Source of the DNA: Candidatus Tayloriibacteriota bacterium
GTDB taxonomy: Bacteria > Patescibacteriota > Minisyncoccia > Phycocordibacterales > PALSA-1337
DNA length: 64,000 nucleotides
Direction of reading: 5' to 3'
Assembly (NCBI GenBank): GCA_016215455.1
Contig: JACRJP010000003.1
Coordinates: forward strand, 66,657-130,656
A program made the translations under genes and the position numbers. A model generated the notes under the pieces. It was not told where the DNA came from. It did not search any database and was given only the letters and a program-made list of their open reading frames with translations. Positions 39,496 through 47,963 of the stretch are shown one piece after another. Each line of letters starts with the position of its first letter. Position 1 is the stretch's first letter.

Positions 39496-39816
39496 CTAAA
39501 GTACTTTTACCAATTTACCACTCTTCCTTTCGTATTGAGAACCAACCACTGAATCTAATAACGGAATAATATCTCTGTCGTAATTAGCTATTGTATTAAC
39601 ATCATAGATAGCTAAATTATTAGGATTATCCAAATACTCTTGGGATTCTGAACCACTTAAAAAGAACCAGCCACTATCTCCTTTGTCTCGTGGATTTTGT
39701 CGATACATATATCCAACCTTTTTACCTTGAACAGTTATCTCGTCGGTTGCCATACAATACTCACCCGAAGGAATAATCTGTTGTATCTGCTCTGCTTTTA
39801 GAAAAAATTCTTTCAT
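39496..39816 (-). CDS. Hypothetical protein, resembles DUF2185-type (possible immunity-protein-like) domain
   Basis: 106 aa. GYMYRQNPRDKGDSGWFFLSGSESQEYLDNPNNLAIYDVNTIANYDRDIIP. Family assignment from memory only. Confidence 0.3.
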   Translation of the reverse strand: MKEFFLKAEQIQQIIPSGEYCMATDEITVQGKKVGYMYRQNPRDKGDSGWFFLSGSESQEYLDNPNNLAIYDVNTIANYDRDIIPLLDSVVGSQYERKSGKLVKVL

Positions 39817-40226
39817 TTAAAAAATATATCATTATTTCACGATCTATTGACCAATACCTTGACGGTATACGAAATAATCCGTAATGTATTAAAAGATACA
39901 CTAGACATATGAATGACGATGAGTATATCCAAGCTCTCGAAAGATACTCCCAAGATAGGGAGTGTTTGATTCCACAAGAGTTCTACAGGAAAGCACTGAT
40001 GCGAATTAAAGACGGTAAGGAACCTGTCGTTACCGACGCACACAGAAACAGACCTTTGCTGTCAGATACCTACGATGTCGCTCTTCGCCTCTATAAAGAG
40101 TCAGGAAATTAACCATCACTCAACCCTACTAGCACTTTATGTAATAACAGAATTTTTTAATACCTATTACTTAGTTCGGAATCCTCCTGCTCCGACACTG
40201 TCAGATTCTATGTTTAATAATCTCTG

Positions 40227-40298
40227 TGACCCTACAGGGAATCGAACCCTGGTTTAGAGCTTGAAAAGCTCTCGTCCTAGCCGTTAGACGATAGGGCC
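40227..40298 (-). tRNA. tRNA-Glu (anticodon TTC)
   Basis: Hand-folded cloverleaf from the reverse complement GGCCCTATCGTCTAACGGCTAGGACGAGAGCTTTTCAAGCTCT...GGTTCGATTCCCTGTAGGGTCA. Anticodon loop TTTTCAA. No encoded CCA. Confidence 0.8.
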
Positions 40299-40391
40299 GT
40301 ACGATGTTCACACAGCTTCTGTGACGGAAAATATCATAGCACATCTTGATGAAATTGACAAAAAGAGGTACAGTTTCCTTTATACAAATAT

Positions 40392-40802
40392 ATGACTACC
40401 CGGCACGTTTCTTCCCTTATCTTAATTGATAAGGATGGTAAGATTCTCTTTCAGCGCCGTACTGCTGACGCCAAACGCTTTGCAGGACTTTTAAGCTTCT
40501 TTGGAGGTGGACTCGAAAATAATGAGACTCCCGAACAAGCTTTAGTCCGAGAACTTAAAGAAGAACTCGATTATTCCGTAACCAATGCAACCTACGTCGG
40601 AGAACACCCGTATACCCTTCCTGAAACACAAGAAACAGGTATTCAACATGTGTTTACCGAACTCTATGATCCAGCAAAAACATTTCATCTCAATGAAGGA
40701 GCTGGTATAGAGTGGCATCCTCTGGATACCATCTCAACAATCCCTCTCAACGCCATTGATCGAGGAGCTCTTGAGCTCTATCAACAAAAGATGCTATCGT
40801 AA
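40392..40802 (+). CDS. NUDIX hydrolase
   Basis: Nudix box GGGLENNETPEQALVRELKEELD (GX5EX7REUXEEXGU). Confidence 0.85.
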   Translation: MTTRHVSSLILIDKDGKILFQRRTADAKRFAGLLSFFGGGLENNETPEQALVRELKEELDYSVTNATYVGEHPYTLPETQETGIQHVFTELYDPAKTFHLNEGAGIEWHPLDTISTIPLNAIDRGALELYQQKMLS

Positions 40803-40808
40803 AAGTAT

Positions 40809-40898
40809 GGAGAGATGGCTGAGTGGTTGAAAGCACCGCTTTCGAAAAGCGGCAGAGGCGAAAGTTTCTCGGGAGTTCGAATCTCCCTCTCTCCGCCA
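40809..40898 (+). tRNA. tRNA-Ser (anticodon CGA), class II with long variable arm, CCA encoded
   Basis: GGAGAGATGGCTGAGTGGTTGAAAGCACCGCTTTCGAAAAGCGG...GAGTTCGAATCTCCCTCTCTCCGCCA. Near-identical in architecture to canonical tRNA-Ser. Confidence 0.85.
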
Positions 40899-40935
40899 AA
40901 ATTAAGAACATCCTGTTCCAGCACTGAATACCACA

Positions 40936-41787
40936 CTACTCCTCTCCTCGTATCTTTACTGAGAAATCAGGATCATTAGCATATTTCATTGCTCGATCAT
41001 TGATCAAGAAACGTTCTCGTGCTTTTTCAAAAGAAAGGTCAGTATCAATAAGTCCAAGACCATACGCAAGCTTATCTGAGTTAGCAGGAAGAAGTATGCG
41101 TAGATTAAAGAATGGAACTTTATGTGGAGTGATTGTATTAACATGATGCACGATATTGGTCGTACAGGTATTCGTCACTGTATTATAAAATTCAGGATGA
41201 TCCTTGAGAGTATTTGCACGACTCACCATATCTAAAAATAATGCTCGGGCTTTCTCTGAAGTAGTCTTAATCGGATACACATACACCAAATCTTTTCGAT
41301 AGTTTGATCGTAATTTAATCACATCAGATTCATCAGCAATCACATACATCAATTCATAGTTATTAAACAATCCTTTGAATGGATGGTACGCCTCCCCTTT
41401 TTCTTTACGAATTTCAACTGAAATAGAAACAAATTGATTGCGTTCAAATTCGAAACTCAAAAACGTATGAGCTGAACCAGGTATTCCAGAAAAAGGTTCA
41501 ACAACATACCACACCTTTTTCATCTCATTGAGATCAAATGTTTTATCATAGTAATGAGCGGTATAACTTGTTGTTGAAGCATATGAGAAGTTTCGTATAT
41601 TACGAATCATAACCTTATCGCCCTGCACCTCAGCGGACGGAAGGATCTTCTGATCCTCATTCCAATTACGATCGTTTGAAGGAGTGGTAACAAACGAAGT
41701 AATCACAAATACAAGAACACTACAGCTAATAATAACAAGTACGGCATACACCACAAACTTTCTTAACAAACGTAGGAAGGTGTTCAT
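40936..41787 (-). CDS. DUF4105-family (Lnb-like) membrane-anchored protein
   Basis: N-terminal TM. Conserved YNTVTNTCTTNIVHHVN motif (NCTT signature of DUF4105). Confidence 0.55.
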   Translation of the reverse strand: MNTFLRLLRKFVVYAVLVIISCSVLVFVITSFVTTPSNDRNWNEDQKILPSAEVQGDKVMIRNIRNFSYASTTSYTAHYYDKTFDLNEMKKVWYVVEPFSGIPGSAHTFLSFEFERNQFVSISVEIRKEKGEAYHPFKGLFNNYELMYVIADESDVIKLRSNYRKDLVYVYPIKTTSEKARALFLDMVSRANTLKDHPEFYNTVTNTCTTNIVHHVNTITPHKVPFFNLRILLPANSDKLAYGLGLIDTDLSFEKARERFLINDRAMKYANDPDFSVKIRGEE

Positions 41788-41840
41788 ATCATTATACTAA
41801 CAATACCTTTAACGAATTCAAAATTTGCTATACTTATCTC

Positions 41841-42524
41841 ATGACCAAATATAGAATTACACTTATTGTTATTTTTGTTCTCGTCTGGATCTGGGCAGCA
41901 ATTAACCCACTTTTTCCTCATGATTGGCTTCTTGAAAATTATCTGGTATTCATTTTCGTCCCCATCATTCTCATCCTTGGACGATACTTCAAACTTTCAG
42001 ATACATCCTACACTCTTATCACTCTCTTCATGGTAATGCATGTCATCGGATCTCACTATACATATGCTGAAGTACCCTTCGGTGACACCTTGCAACAGTG
42101 GCTTGGGTCAGATCGAAATATGTATGACCGTCTCGTACATTTTAGTTTTGGTCTCCTTCTTGCATATCCAGTACGTGAAGTTTTTATGAGAATTTCTCAA
42201 GCAAAAGGATTCTGGTCGTATTATTTACCTGTTGACCTTGTACTTGCAGGATCGGCTGTCTACGAAATCATTGAGTGGATCACGGCGCGTAATGTAGACC
42301 CTTTGGCAGGCTTAGCCTTCCTTGGTTCTCAAGGTGATATCTGGGATGCTCAAAAAGACATGCTTCTCGCAGGTTGTGGTGCTCTCATTGCAATGCTTGT
42401 TGTATTCATCATCAATTGGATGTGGAACAAGTATCATTGGACAGAGCTGCGAGACAGCTTCAAGATCCCTAAAGGTGATCGACCTCTCGGTGAAGAAAAA
42501 TTGAAGGAATTTTTCAAAAAGTAG
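41841..42524 (+). CDS. Polytopic membrane protein, YjdF/DUF2238-like
   Basis: 227 aa, ~6 TM. HVIGSHYTYAEVPFG motif recalled from the YjdF family. Assignment tentative. Confidence 0.4.
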   Translation: MTKYRITLIVIFVLVWIWAAINPLFPHDWLLENYLVFIFVPIILILGRYFKLSDTSYTLITLFMVMHVIGSHYTYAEVPFGDTLQQWLGSDRNMYDRLVHFSFGLLLAYPVREVFMRISQAKGFWSYYLPVDLVLAGSAVYEIIEWITARNVDPLAGLAFLGSQGDIWDAQKDMLLAGCGALIAMLVVFIINWMWNKYHWTELRDSFKIPKGDRPLGEEKLKEFFKK

Positions 42525-42526
42525 AA

Positions 42527-43192
42527 CTATAGTACAGGGTCGAGTCGAAGGAAGACTCCAGAGAAAGCCCAGAAGTTAAACGAATTGAGAGCAACATATA
42601 TTTCGCCTGTTGCAGTATTCAAGAATGGTGCGGCAACTTGCTGATTACCGTCCTTTCGACGTCCATCACTTGTGATGACGTACCACTTCCATGTTCCTGG
42701 TTCGATAGTATTATTTTCCACACTGATAGTATCAAGACCGTTCATGGTAAATAGAGGATGATCAACACCGTTTGAAGTCACACCAATCTCTCGAATAGAG
42801 TTATTAAACAAGTGACCACTAACATATGTCGGTATTACAGGTGAAGTAACCACAAACTCTGCTGCAGCATCATACGAAGCTGACTGACCTTTTTGAATTC
42901 CCCAAAAAGAAAGATTTTCCATAGGAATTTGAGGTGTCAAAGCGGGTTCATAATTATTACCTGTTCCTGTAAGGAAATATGTAGGACTAATATCTACTTG
43001 GTAGTAGATAGAGTGATTTGGAACTGCATCATATTGAATATCGTGGAATGGTTTCTTATCATTTGTATACTCAAACTGACCTGCTGCTATCCAATTTGCA
43101 CTCTTTGAACCTTGAATATCAACCTGCGCAAAAACCGGTGTACCGCTGAGTGTAAAAACAGCTACAATTGCTATATATAGTAAATTTTTCAT
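42527..43192 (-). CDS. Secreted hypothetical protein
   Basis: Signal peptide MKNLLYIAIVAVFTLSGTPVFAQV. No recognisable domain. Confidence 0.5.
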   Translation of the reverse strand: MKNLLYIAIVAVFTLSGTPVFAQVDIQGSKSANWIAAGQFEYTNDKKPFHDIQYDAVPNHSIYYQVDISPTYFLTGTGNNYEPALTPQIPMENLSFWGIQKGQSASYDAAAEFVVTSPVIPTYVSGHLFNNSIREIGVTSNGVDHPLFTMNGLDTISVENNTIEPGTWKWYVITSDGRRKDGNQQVAAPFLNTATGEIYVALNSFNFWAFSGVFLRLDPVL

Positions 43193-43389
43193 GATTATAT
43201 GTGATTATTCCTTCTTTCTGAGCGTATCATCCTAAAGTATACACCTACCTCACAAAGAAGGAAGAGTCGATTTAGAAAATGGTAAAATACGTGGTAAATT
43301 AATGGAGTATATTTATCGTAAACGTCCCGAACATTACCAAGCACTTGTAGATGCAGGAGTAGTTTGGGATCCACAACCACAAAAATAAT

Positions 43390-43608
43390 ATGAACAATAA
43401 TCTTCCAACACCAGGTCTATATCGACACTTCAAAGGTATGCAATGTGAAGTCATTGGTATCGGCAAACACAGTGAGACTCTCGAAGAAATGGTGGTATAT
43501 CGTGAAATTGATAATAATTCTCTGTGGGTTCGCCCCGCACACATGTTTCTCGAGACTATTGAACGTGACGGAAAAAGATTTCCCCGATTTGAACGAGTTG
43601 AAAAATAA
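43390..43608 (+). CDS. DUF1653-family small protein
   Basis: GLYRHFKG...EVIGIGKHSETLEEMVVYREI...WVRPAHMF...DGKRFPRF pattern characteristic of DUF1653. Confidence 0.6.
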   Translation: MNNNLPTPGLYRHFKGMQCEVIGIGKHSETLEEMVVYREIDNNSLWVRPAHMFLETIERDGKRFPRFERVEK

Positions 43609-43686
43609 TCTTGATAAATACGAATGCTATAATATTCGGCAGATTTTCTCTTTCTGACTGAACATCGACTACCTTAAGGAACAACT

Positions 43687-44556
43687 ATGACATCGCCGGC
43701 ACTGCGGCATACAAAAGAAAGTCCTATCGATTGGAGGGGGAGTATTCCCTTCCTGACTTTATGGGCAACTGGAATCATTGGCCCATTCTTCACAGGGCTG
43801 AGTTCAATCTCAGTTGCTGTCGCTATTCTTCTCTACTATGTGAGAATGTTTTTTGTAACGGCGTTTCTACACCGCTACTTCTCACACAAGTCGTATCGTG
43901 TGAATCGCTTTTGGCAATTCATTTTTGCCATACTCACCTGCCTTGCTGTCCAAAACGGACCCTGCTGGTGGGCGGCTCACCACCGACATCATCATCAACA
44001 CTCTGACACTGAGAAAGACTTCCATTCCAATTTTTGGTGGGGATTCCTTGAATCACATGTTCTATGGTTCCTGCGAATCAATAGCCAAAAAACTGACTGG
44101 GGTCGAATTGGTGATTTGAAACGTTATCCTGAGATTCGAGCTTTTGACAACAAGCTCATCTATATCATTCCTCCAACACTACTCGCCGTTGGTTGTTATT
44201 GGTTGGGCAGTTTTCTAGGAGATGACTATGGGACAAATGGCTGGCAGATGATGATTGTGGGGTTCTTCTTGAGCACCTTCATACTTCACAACGGCACATT
44301 CACGATTAATTCGATCTCCCACATGTGGGGCAAACAACGCTACGCCGACACAGGTGACATGAGCCTCAACAATTGGTTCTTGGCTATCTTTGTCACCCTT
44401 GGTGAAGGTTGGCATAACAACCACCACAAACACCAATATCTTGTCCGACAAGGACATACGCCATGGGAAATTGACATTACCTATTACGGTATCAAACTAC
44501 TTGAAGCCTTAGGAATTGCTCGGGGTCTACGCATGTCGAATTCTCCAACAATGTAG
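43687..44556 (+). CDS. Acyl-CoA (stearoyl-CoA-type delta-9) fatty acid desaturase
   Basis: Three His boxes: HRYFSHKSY, WAAHHRHHHQHSDTEKD, GEGWHNNHHK. 4-TM topology. Confidence 0.8.
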   Translation: MTSPALRHTKESPIDWRGSIPFLTLWATGIIGPFFTGLSSISVAVAILLYYVRMFFVTAFLHRYFSHKSYRVNRFWQFIFAILTCLAVQNGPCWWAAHHRHHHQHSDTEKDFHSNFWWGFLESHVLWFLRINSQKTDWGRIGDLKRYPEIRAFDNKLIYIIPPTLLAVGCYWLGSFLGDDYGTNGWQMMIVGFFLSTFILHNGTFTINSISHMWGKQRYADTGDMSLNNWFLAIFVTLGEGWHNNHHKHQYLVRQGHTPWEIDITYYGIKLLEALGIARGLRMSNSPTM

Positions 44557-44658
44557 TTACTGCTATCCGCAAGGAAGGCAGATTTTTATTAAAAAATTCA
44601 TAAATATTTTATTTTTTCTTTATCATTTCTTCATAAGAAATGTGCTATAAAATAATAG

Positions 44659-45348
44659 ATGCAATACAATATACCCACCAAAAACTCAGCTCTAAAATTA
44701 CGTAAAAAAGGAATGTCTCTTAAAGAAATTAAAGATACTCTTAATATTCCAAAATCTACTCTAAGTGGCTGGTTTAAAAATATAATATTAACCAAAAGAC
44801 AATCATGTAGACTACATATCAAAAAATATAACTCATTAAAATATGCTCGTTCAAAAGCCCTCATCATTAATCAACAAAAGAAACAGACAGAAAAAGATAT
44901 CTCACAAAAAGAGATTGATCATCTACTAATGAATATGAATTGCAATGAATATTCATCGCTTTTAACCAATTTATCAATGCTGTACTTGGGAGAAGGGTTT
45001 AAAAAGACAGGTGGGACCGGCATGGGAAATACAAACCCATTAATACTAAAGTTTTTTATCAAATCTATGGAGCAACTATTTTCCCTAGATAGAAAAAGAT
45101 TTCGATATCGACTTCACTTACGTGCTGATCAAAATGAGGATAAACTTCTTAAATTTTGGACCGAACAACTCTGTGTATCAAGAGAATTGTTTATGAAAAG
45201 TGCCTTCGATAAACGCACTGTCAATATACCTACATATTATGATTATAAAGGAGTATGCGTTGTTAATTGCGGAAATATTGCTATACAAAGAAAATTAATG
45301 TATCTTAGTGAGCAGTATTGCCATCGGGTGATTAGCTCAGTTGGCTAG
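44659..45348 (+). CDS. HTH-domain protein with possible LAGLIDADG-like nuclease motif, in an AT-rich island
   Basis: N-terminal resolvase/transposase-type HTH (LRKKGMSLKEIKDTLNIPKSTLSGWFKN). Mid-protein LSMLYLGEGF resembles a degenerate LAGLIDADG. ~31% GC versus ~40% background. The reported ORF's stop lies inside tRNA-Val, so the 3' end may be shorter. Confidence 0.35.
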   Translation: MQYNIPTKNSALKLRKKGMSLKEIKDTLNIPKSTLSGWFKNIILTKRQSCRLHIKKYNSLKYARSKALIINQQKKQTEKDISQKEIDHLLMNMNCNEYSSLLTNLSMLYLGEGFKKTGGTGMGNTNPLILKFFIKSMEQLFSLDRKRFRYRLHLRADQNEDKLLKFWTEQLCVSRELFMKSAFDKRTVNIPTYYDYKGVCVVNCGNIAIQRKLMYLSEQYCHRVISSVG

Positions 45349-45401
45349 AGCGCAGACTTGACGTGTCTGAGGTCACAGGTTCGAGCCCTGTATCACCCAC
45401 C
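45326..45401 (+). tRNA. tRNA-Val (anticodon GAC)
   Basis: GGGTGATTAGCTCAGTTGGCTAGAGCGCAGACTTGACGTGTCTGAGGTCACAGGTTCGAGCCCTGTATCACCCACC. Anticodon loop TTGACGT. Confidence 0.85.
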
Positions 45402-45404
45402 TAT

Positions 45405-46022
45405 ATGAAATATACACAAGAAAAAGGTTTCCTTATCCAACGTAAGATTGAAGTTGATCTTCAAAAAACAGGACTGACCTATACATCTACAGAAACAAGT
45501 TTCTTCAAAAAAGAAGACGAGGTAACTGAAGTCTTTTTCTCATACGGAGAAATTTCAAATCAAAAAACATATATACGGAGTGCAAATTCACTCAAGAAAA
45601 ATATTTACATCCGTACAGCAATCTTTCTCCTCGTAATTTACTTTGTAACATTAGGTTCTGCAGGTCTCCTGTCGCAAGGAGATTCTAACCTCACAAGATC
45701 ACTCATCTATACCCCTATTGTTCTTGCACTAGCGATCTATAGCGCTTTTATAAAGACAAAATATCTCATCCTTCACACTCATCAAGGTGGGCGTCTCGTA
45801 TTTTTTTCTGACAAAGTTGCCGAGGATATTAACAAAGATATTCTTGCTCACCGCAACACCTATCTTCGAGAAAAATATATCGATGATACTGCAACAAAAA
45901 ATATCCTGACTCAAGAAACTTTAGACTGGCTATTCTCTCTAAAGATCATCTCGGCTGAAGAACTAGCAACCATTAGCGCGCATAATAAAAAGGACATAAG
46001 TTCTGTAGGGTTTAATAAATAA
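45405..46022 (+). CDS. Hypothetical membrane protein (2 TM)
   Basis: Start moved to the ATG at 45405 (MKYTQEK), since the longer ORF overlaps the tRNA. Two hydrophobic helices in the middle. No known domain. Confidence 0.4.
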   Translation: MKYTQEKGFLIQRKIEVDLQKTGLTYTSTETSFFKKEDEVTEVFFSYGEISNQKTYIRSANSLKKNIYIRTAIFLLVIYFVTLGSAGLLSQGDSNLTRSLIYTPIVLALAIYSAFIKTKYLILHTHQGGRLVFFSDKVAEDINKDILAHRNTYLREKYIDDTATKNILTQETLDWLFSLKIISAEELATISAHNKKDISSVGFNK

Positions 46023-46035
46023 AAATAGACACGGT

Positions 46036-46632
46036 TTAGCGTTCAAGAGTTGCAAGACGCACTCGCACAATCCGAACAATCTCCTGCACCGTCTCTTCCA
46101 GTTGTCCTTCTCGATTGATCACCAAGTGGGAGAATCGCCATGCCTGAGCTCTCTCTTCGGCCCCAGACTCCAGACGACTCCTGATCTTGTCATCAGGAAG
46201 ATCTCCCCTCGCACGAAGGCGACGTTCAATGTGTTCTGGACTCTCAGCGTCCATAAAAATACTGACCACTTGGTTGGGATACTTCTTCGAAAGATTAACC
46301 ATTCCCGGCCACGTAAGCGCCAAGAAAGGATGTTTGCCCGACAACCATGGTTCTTCGATCACACGACATTCAGTGCCGTAGAAAGATCCTTCTCCTCCGG
46401 GAGGAAACTCATCGTATTCGGCAATCTTTCCCTCAGCAATCAACTCGATGAACTGAGAGCGTGTCCGAAAGTAGTAATGAACACCATCCATCTCCCCACG
46501 ACGAGGAGTTCGGCTCGTCGTGCTAATTCCACGAGTGAGCCGAGGATGGAGAGTGGTGACAACCCGTTCAACAACGGTAGTTTTTCCTGTTCCAGAAGGA
46601 GCAGAAAGAACAAATATGAGTCCTTCGTCCAT
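46036..46632 (-). CDS. gmk: Guanylate kinase
   Basis: P-loop SAPSGTGKTT and GMP-binding ISTTSRTPRRGEMDGVHYYF. ~52% GC, somewhat above neighbours. Confidence 0.85.
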   Translation of the reverse strand: MDEGLIFVLSAPSGTGKTTVVERVVTTLHPRLTRGISTTSRTPRRGEMDGVHYYFRTRSQFIELIAEGKIAEYDEFPPGGEGSFYGTECRVIEEPWLSGKHPFLALTWPGMVNLSKKYPNQVVSIFMDAESPEHIERRLRARGDLPDDKIRSRLESGAEERAQAWRFSHLVINREGQLEETVQEIVRIVRVRLATLER

Positions 46633-46711
46633 AAGAAGTGTAGGTAGAATGAGCCAAATAACACTACAGCGAAACCTACCACAAACAGCTAGTAAATGCT
46701 ACTATCTTTTC

Positions 46712-47890
46712 ATGATCATCCTAGGTATCGAGACAAGTTGCGACGAGACAGCCGTCTGTCTCCTAGAAAGCCGTGCTACTGAAACAGGAATTGAGTATCG
46801 CGTCCTCGGTTCTCTTATTCATTCTCAAATTGATATTCACAAAGAATATGGGGGTGTATTCCCTATGATGGCAAAACGCGCTCATGCAGAAAATCTTGTT
46901 CCACTTCTTGAAAAACTCATCACACAAAGTGGCATAGCAACAAAAACAGTCACAGAACAACTTGATGAAAAAATACTTGAACAAGAACTTGTACTGAAAG
47001 ACAAACTTCTTGCTTCATCTCTCATCACATCCCAACCAAAAATTGATGCTATCGCAGTTACCTATGGACCAGGTCTTGAACCAGCACTTTGGGTTGGTAT
47101 CAACTTTGCACAAGCACTTGGTAAACTCTGGAGGGTTCCTGTATATCCAGAAAATCATATGGAAGGACACATTGTCTCAACTCTCATTAATGAAAACCCA
47201 ACAACTACATGGAATACAATTCATACAATTACCTACCCTGCCTTAGCAGTACTTTTAAGTGGCGGACATACTGAATTAGTTGCAATAGAACATCTTGGTA
47301 ATTACAGAATCGTTGGTCGAACACGAGATGATGCTGTCGGTGAGGCATTTGATAAAGTGGCACGCATCCTTGGTCTTGCATATCCTGGTGGACCAGAAGT
47401 GAGCCGACGAGCAGCGATTGCCCGGACAACCAAACTACCACATACAATCGATCTACCACGCCCTATGCTTCACTCAAAAGATCTCGACTTTTCATTTTCA
47501 GGACTCAAAACAGCTGTCTTATATTTGGTAAAAGAAACATCACACAATGGAGAAAAAGAACTTTCAGAAAACTTTATCAATGAACTGTGTCGAGAATTTG
47601 AGGATGCAGCGTGTGAAGTAATCGAGAAAAAAACGCGTGGAGCACTCGATGCATCAGGAGTCCAAACACTCATTGTTGGAGGCGGTGTTATCGCTAATAC
47701 ACTCCTACGAACGATGTTTGATCGCCTTGCAAATGAATATGGAATATCTCTCTACATACCAACACAGCACCTTTCAGGAGATAATGCCCTCATGATCGCA
47801 CTTGCAGGAAGTCTTCACGTACTTCGAGGTGAACAGCCAGTTCCTTTTACTCGAGCCTTGGGTAACTTAAGATTAGACGGTGGTAAATAG
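46712..47890 (+). CDS. tsaD: tRNA N6-adenosine threonylcarbamoyltransferase TsaD (Kae1/YgjD family)
   Basis: Start moved to MIILGIETSCDETAVCLLE (ATG at 46712). Metal-binding GGVxxN motifs. ASKHA fold. Confidence 0.85.
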   Translation: MIILGIETSCDETAVCLLESRATETGIEYRVLGSLIHSQIDIHKEYGGVFPMMAKRAHAENLVPLLEKLITQSGIATKTVTEQLDEKILEQELVLKDKLLASSLITSQPKIDAIAVTYGPGLEPALWVGINFAQALGKLWRVPVYPENHMEGHIVSTLINENPTTTWNTIHTITYPALAVLLSGGHTELVAIEHLGNYRIVGRTRDDAVGEAFDKVARILGLAYPGGPEVSRRAAIARTTKLPHTIDLPRPMLHSKDLDFSFSGLKTAVLYLVKETSHNGEKELSENFINELCREFEDAACEVIEKKTRGALDASGVQTLIVGGGVIANTLLRTMFDRLANEYGISLYIPTQHLSGDNALMIALAGSLHVLRGEQPVPFTRALGNLRLDGGK

Positions 47891-47905
47891 GATAGTACAA
47901 ATAAA

Positions 47906-47934
47906 AACACCCTCAGTGAATGAGGGTGTTTTTA
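47906..47934. terminator. Bidirectional hairpin terminator
   Basis: aaaaACACCCTCAgtgaaTGAGGGTGTtttt between convergent tsaD and the repeat-protein gene. Confidence 0.6.
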
Positions 47935-47963
47935 TTATCTAGTGTACGTACCTGAGAGATTAT

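Noticed and set aside
43195-43544. Small minus-strand ORFs (61 and 81 aa) between the secreted-protein gene and the DUF1653 gene
   Set aside because: No start context or domain. They overlap the DUF1653 gene start region. Likely intergenic noise.
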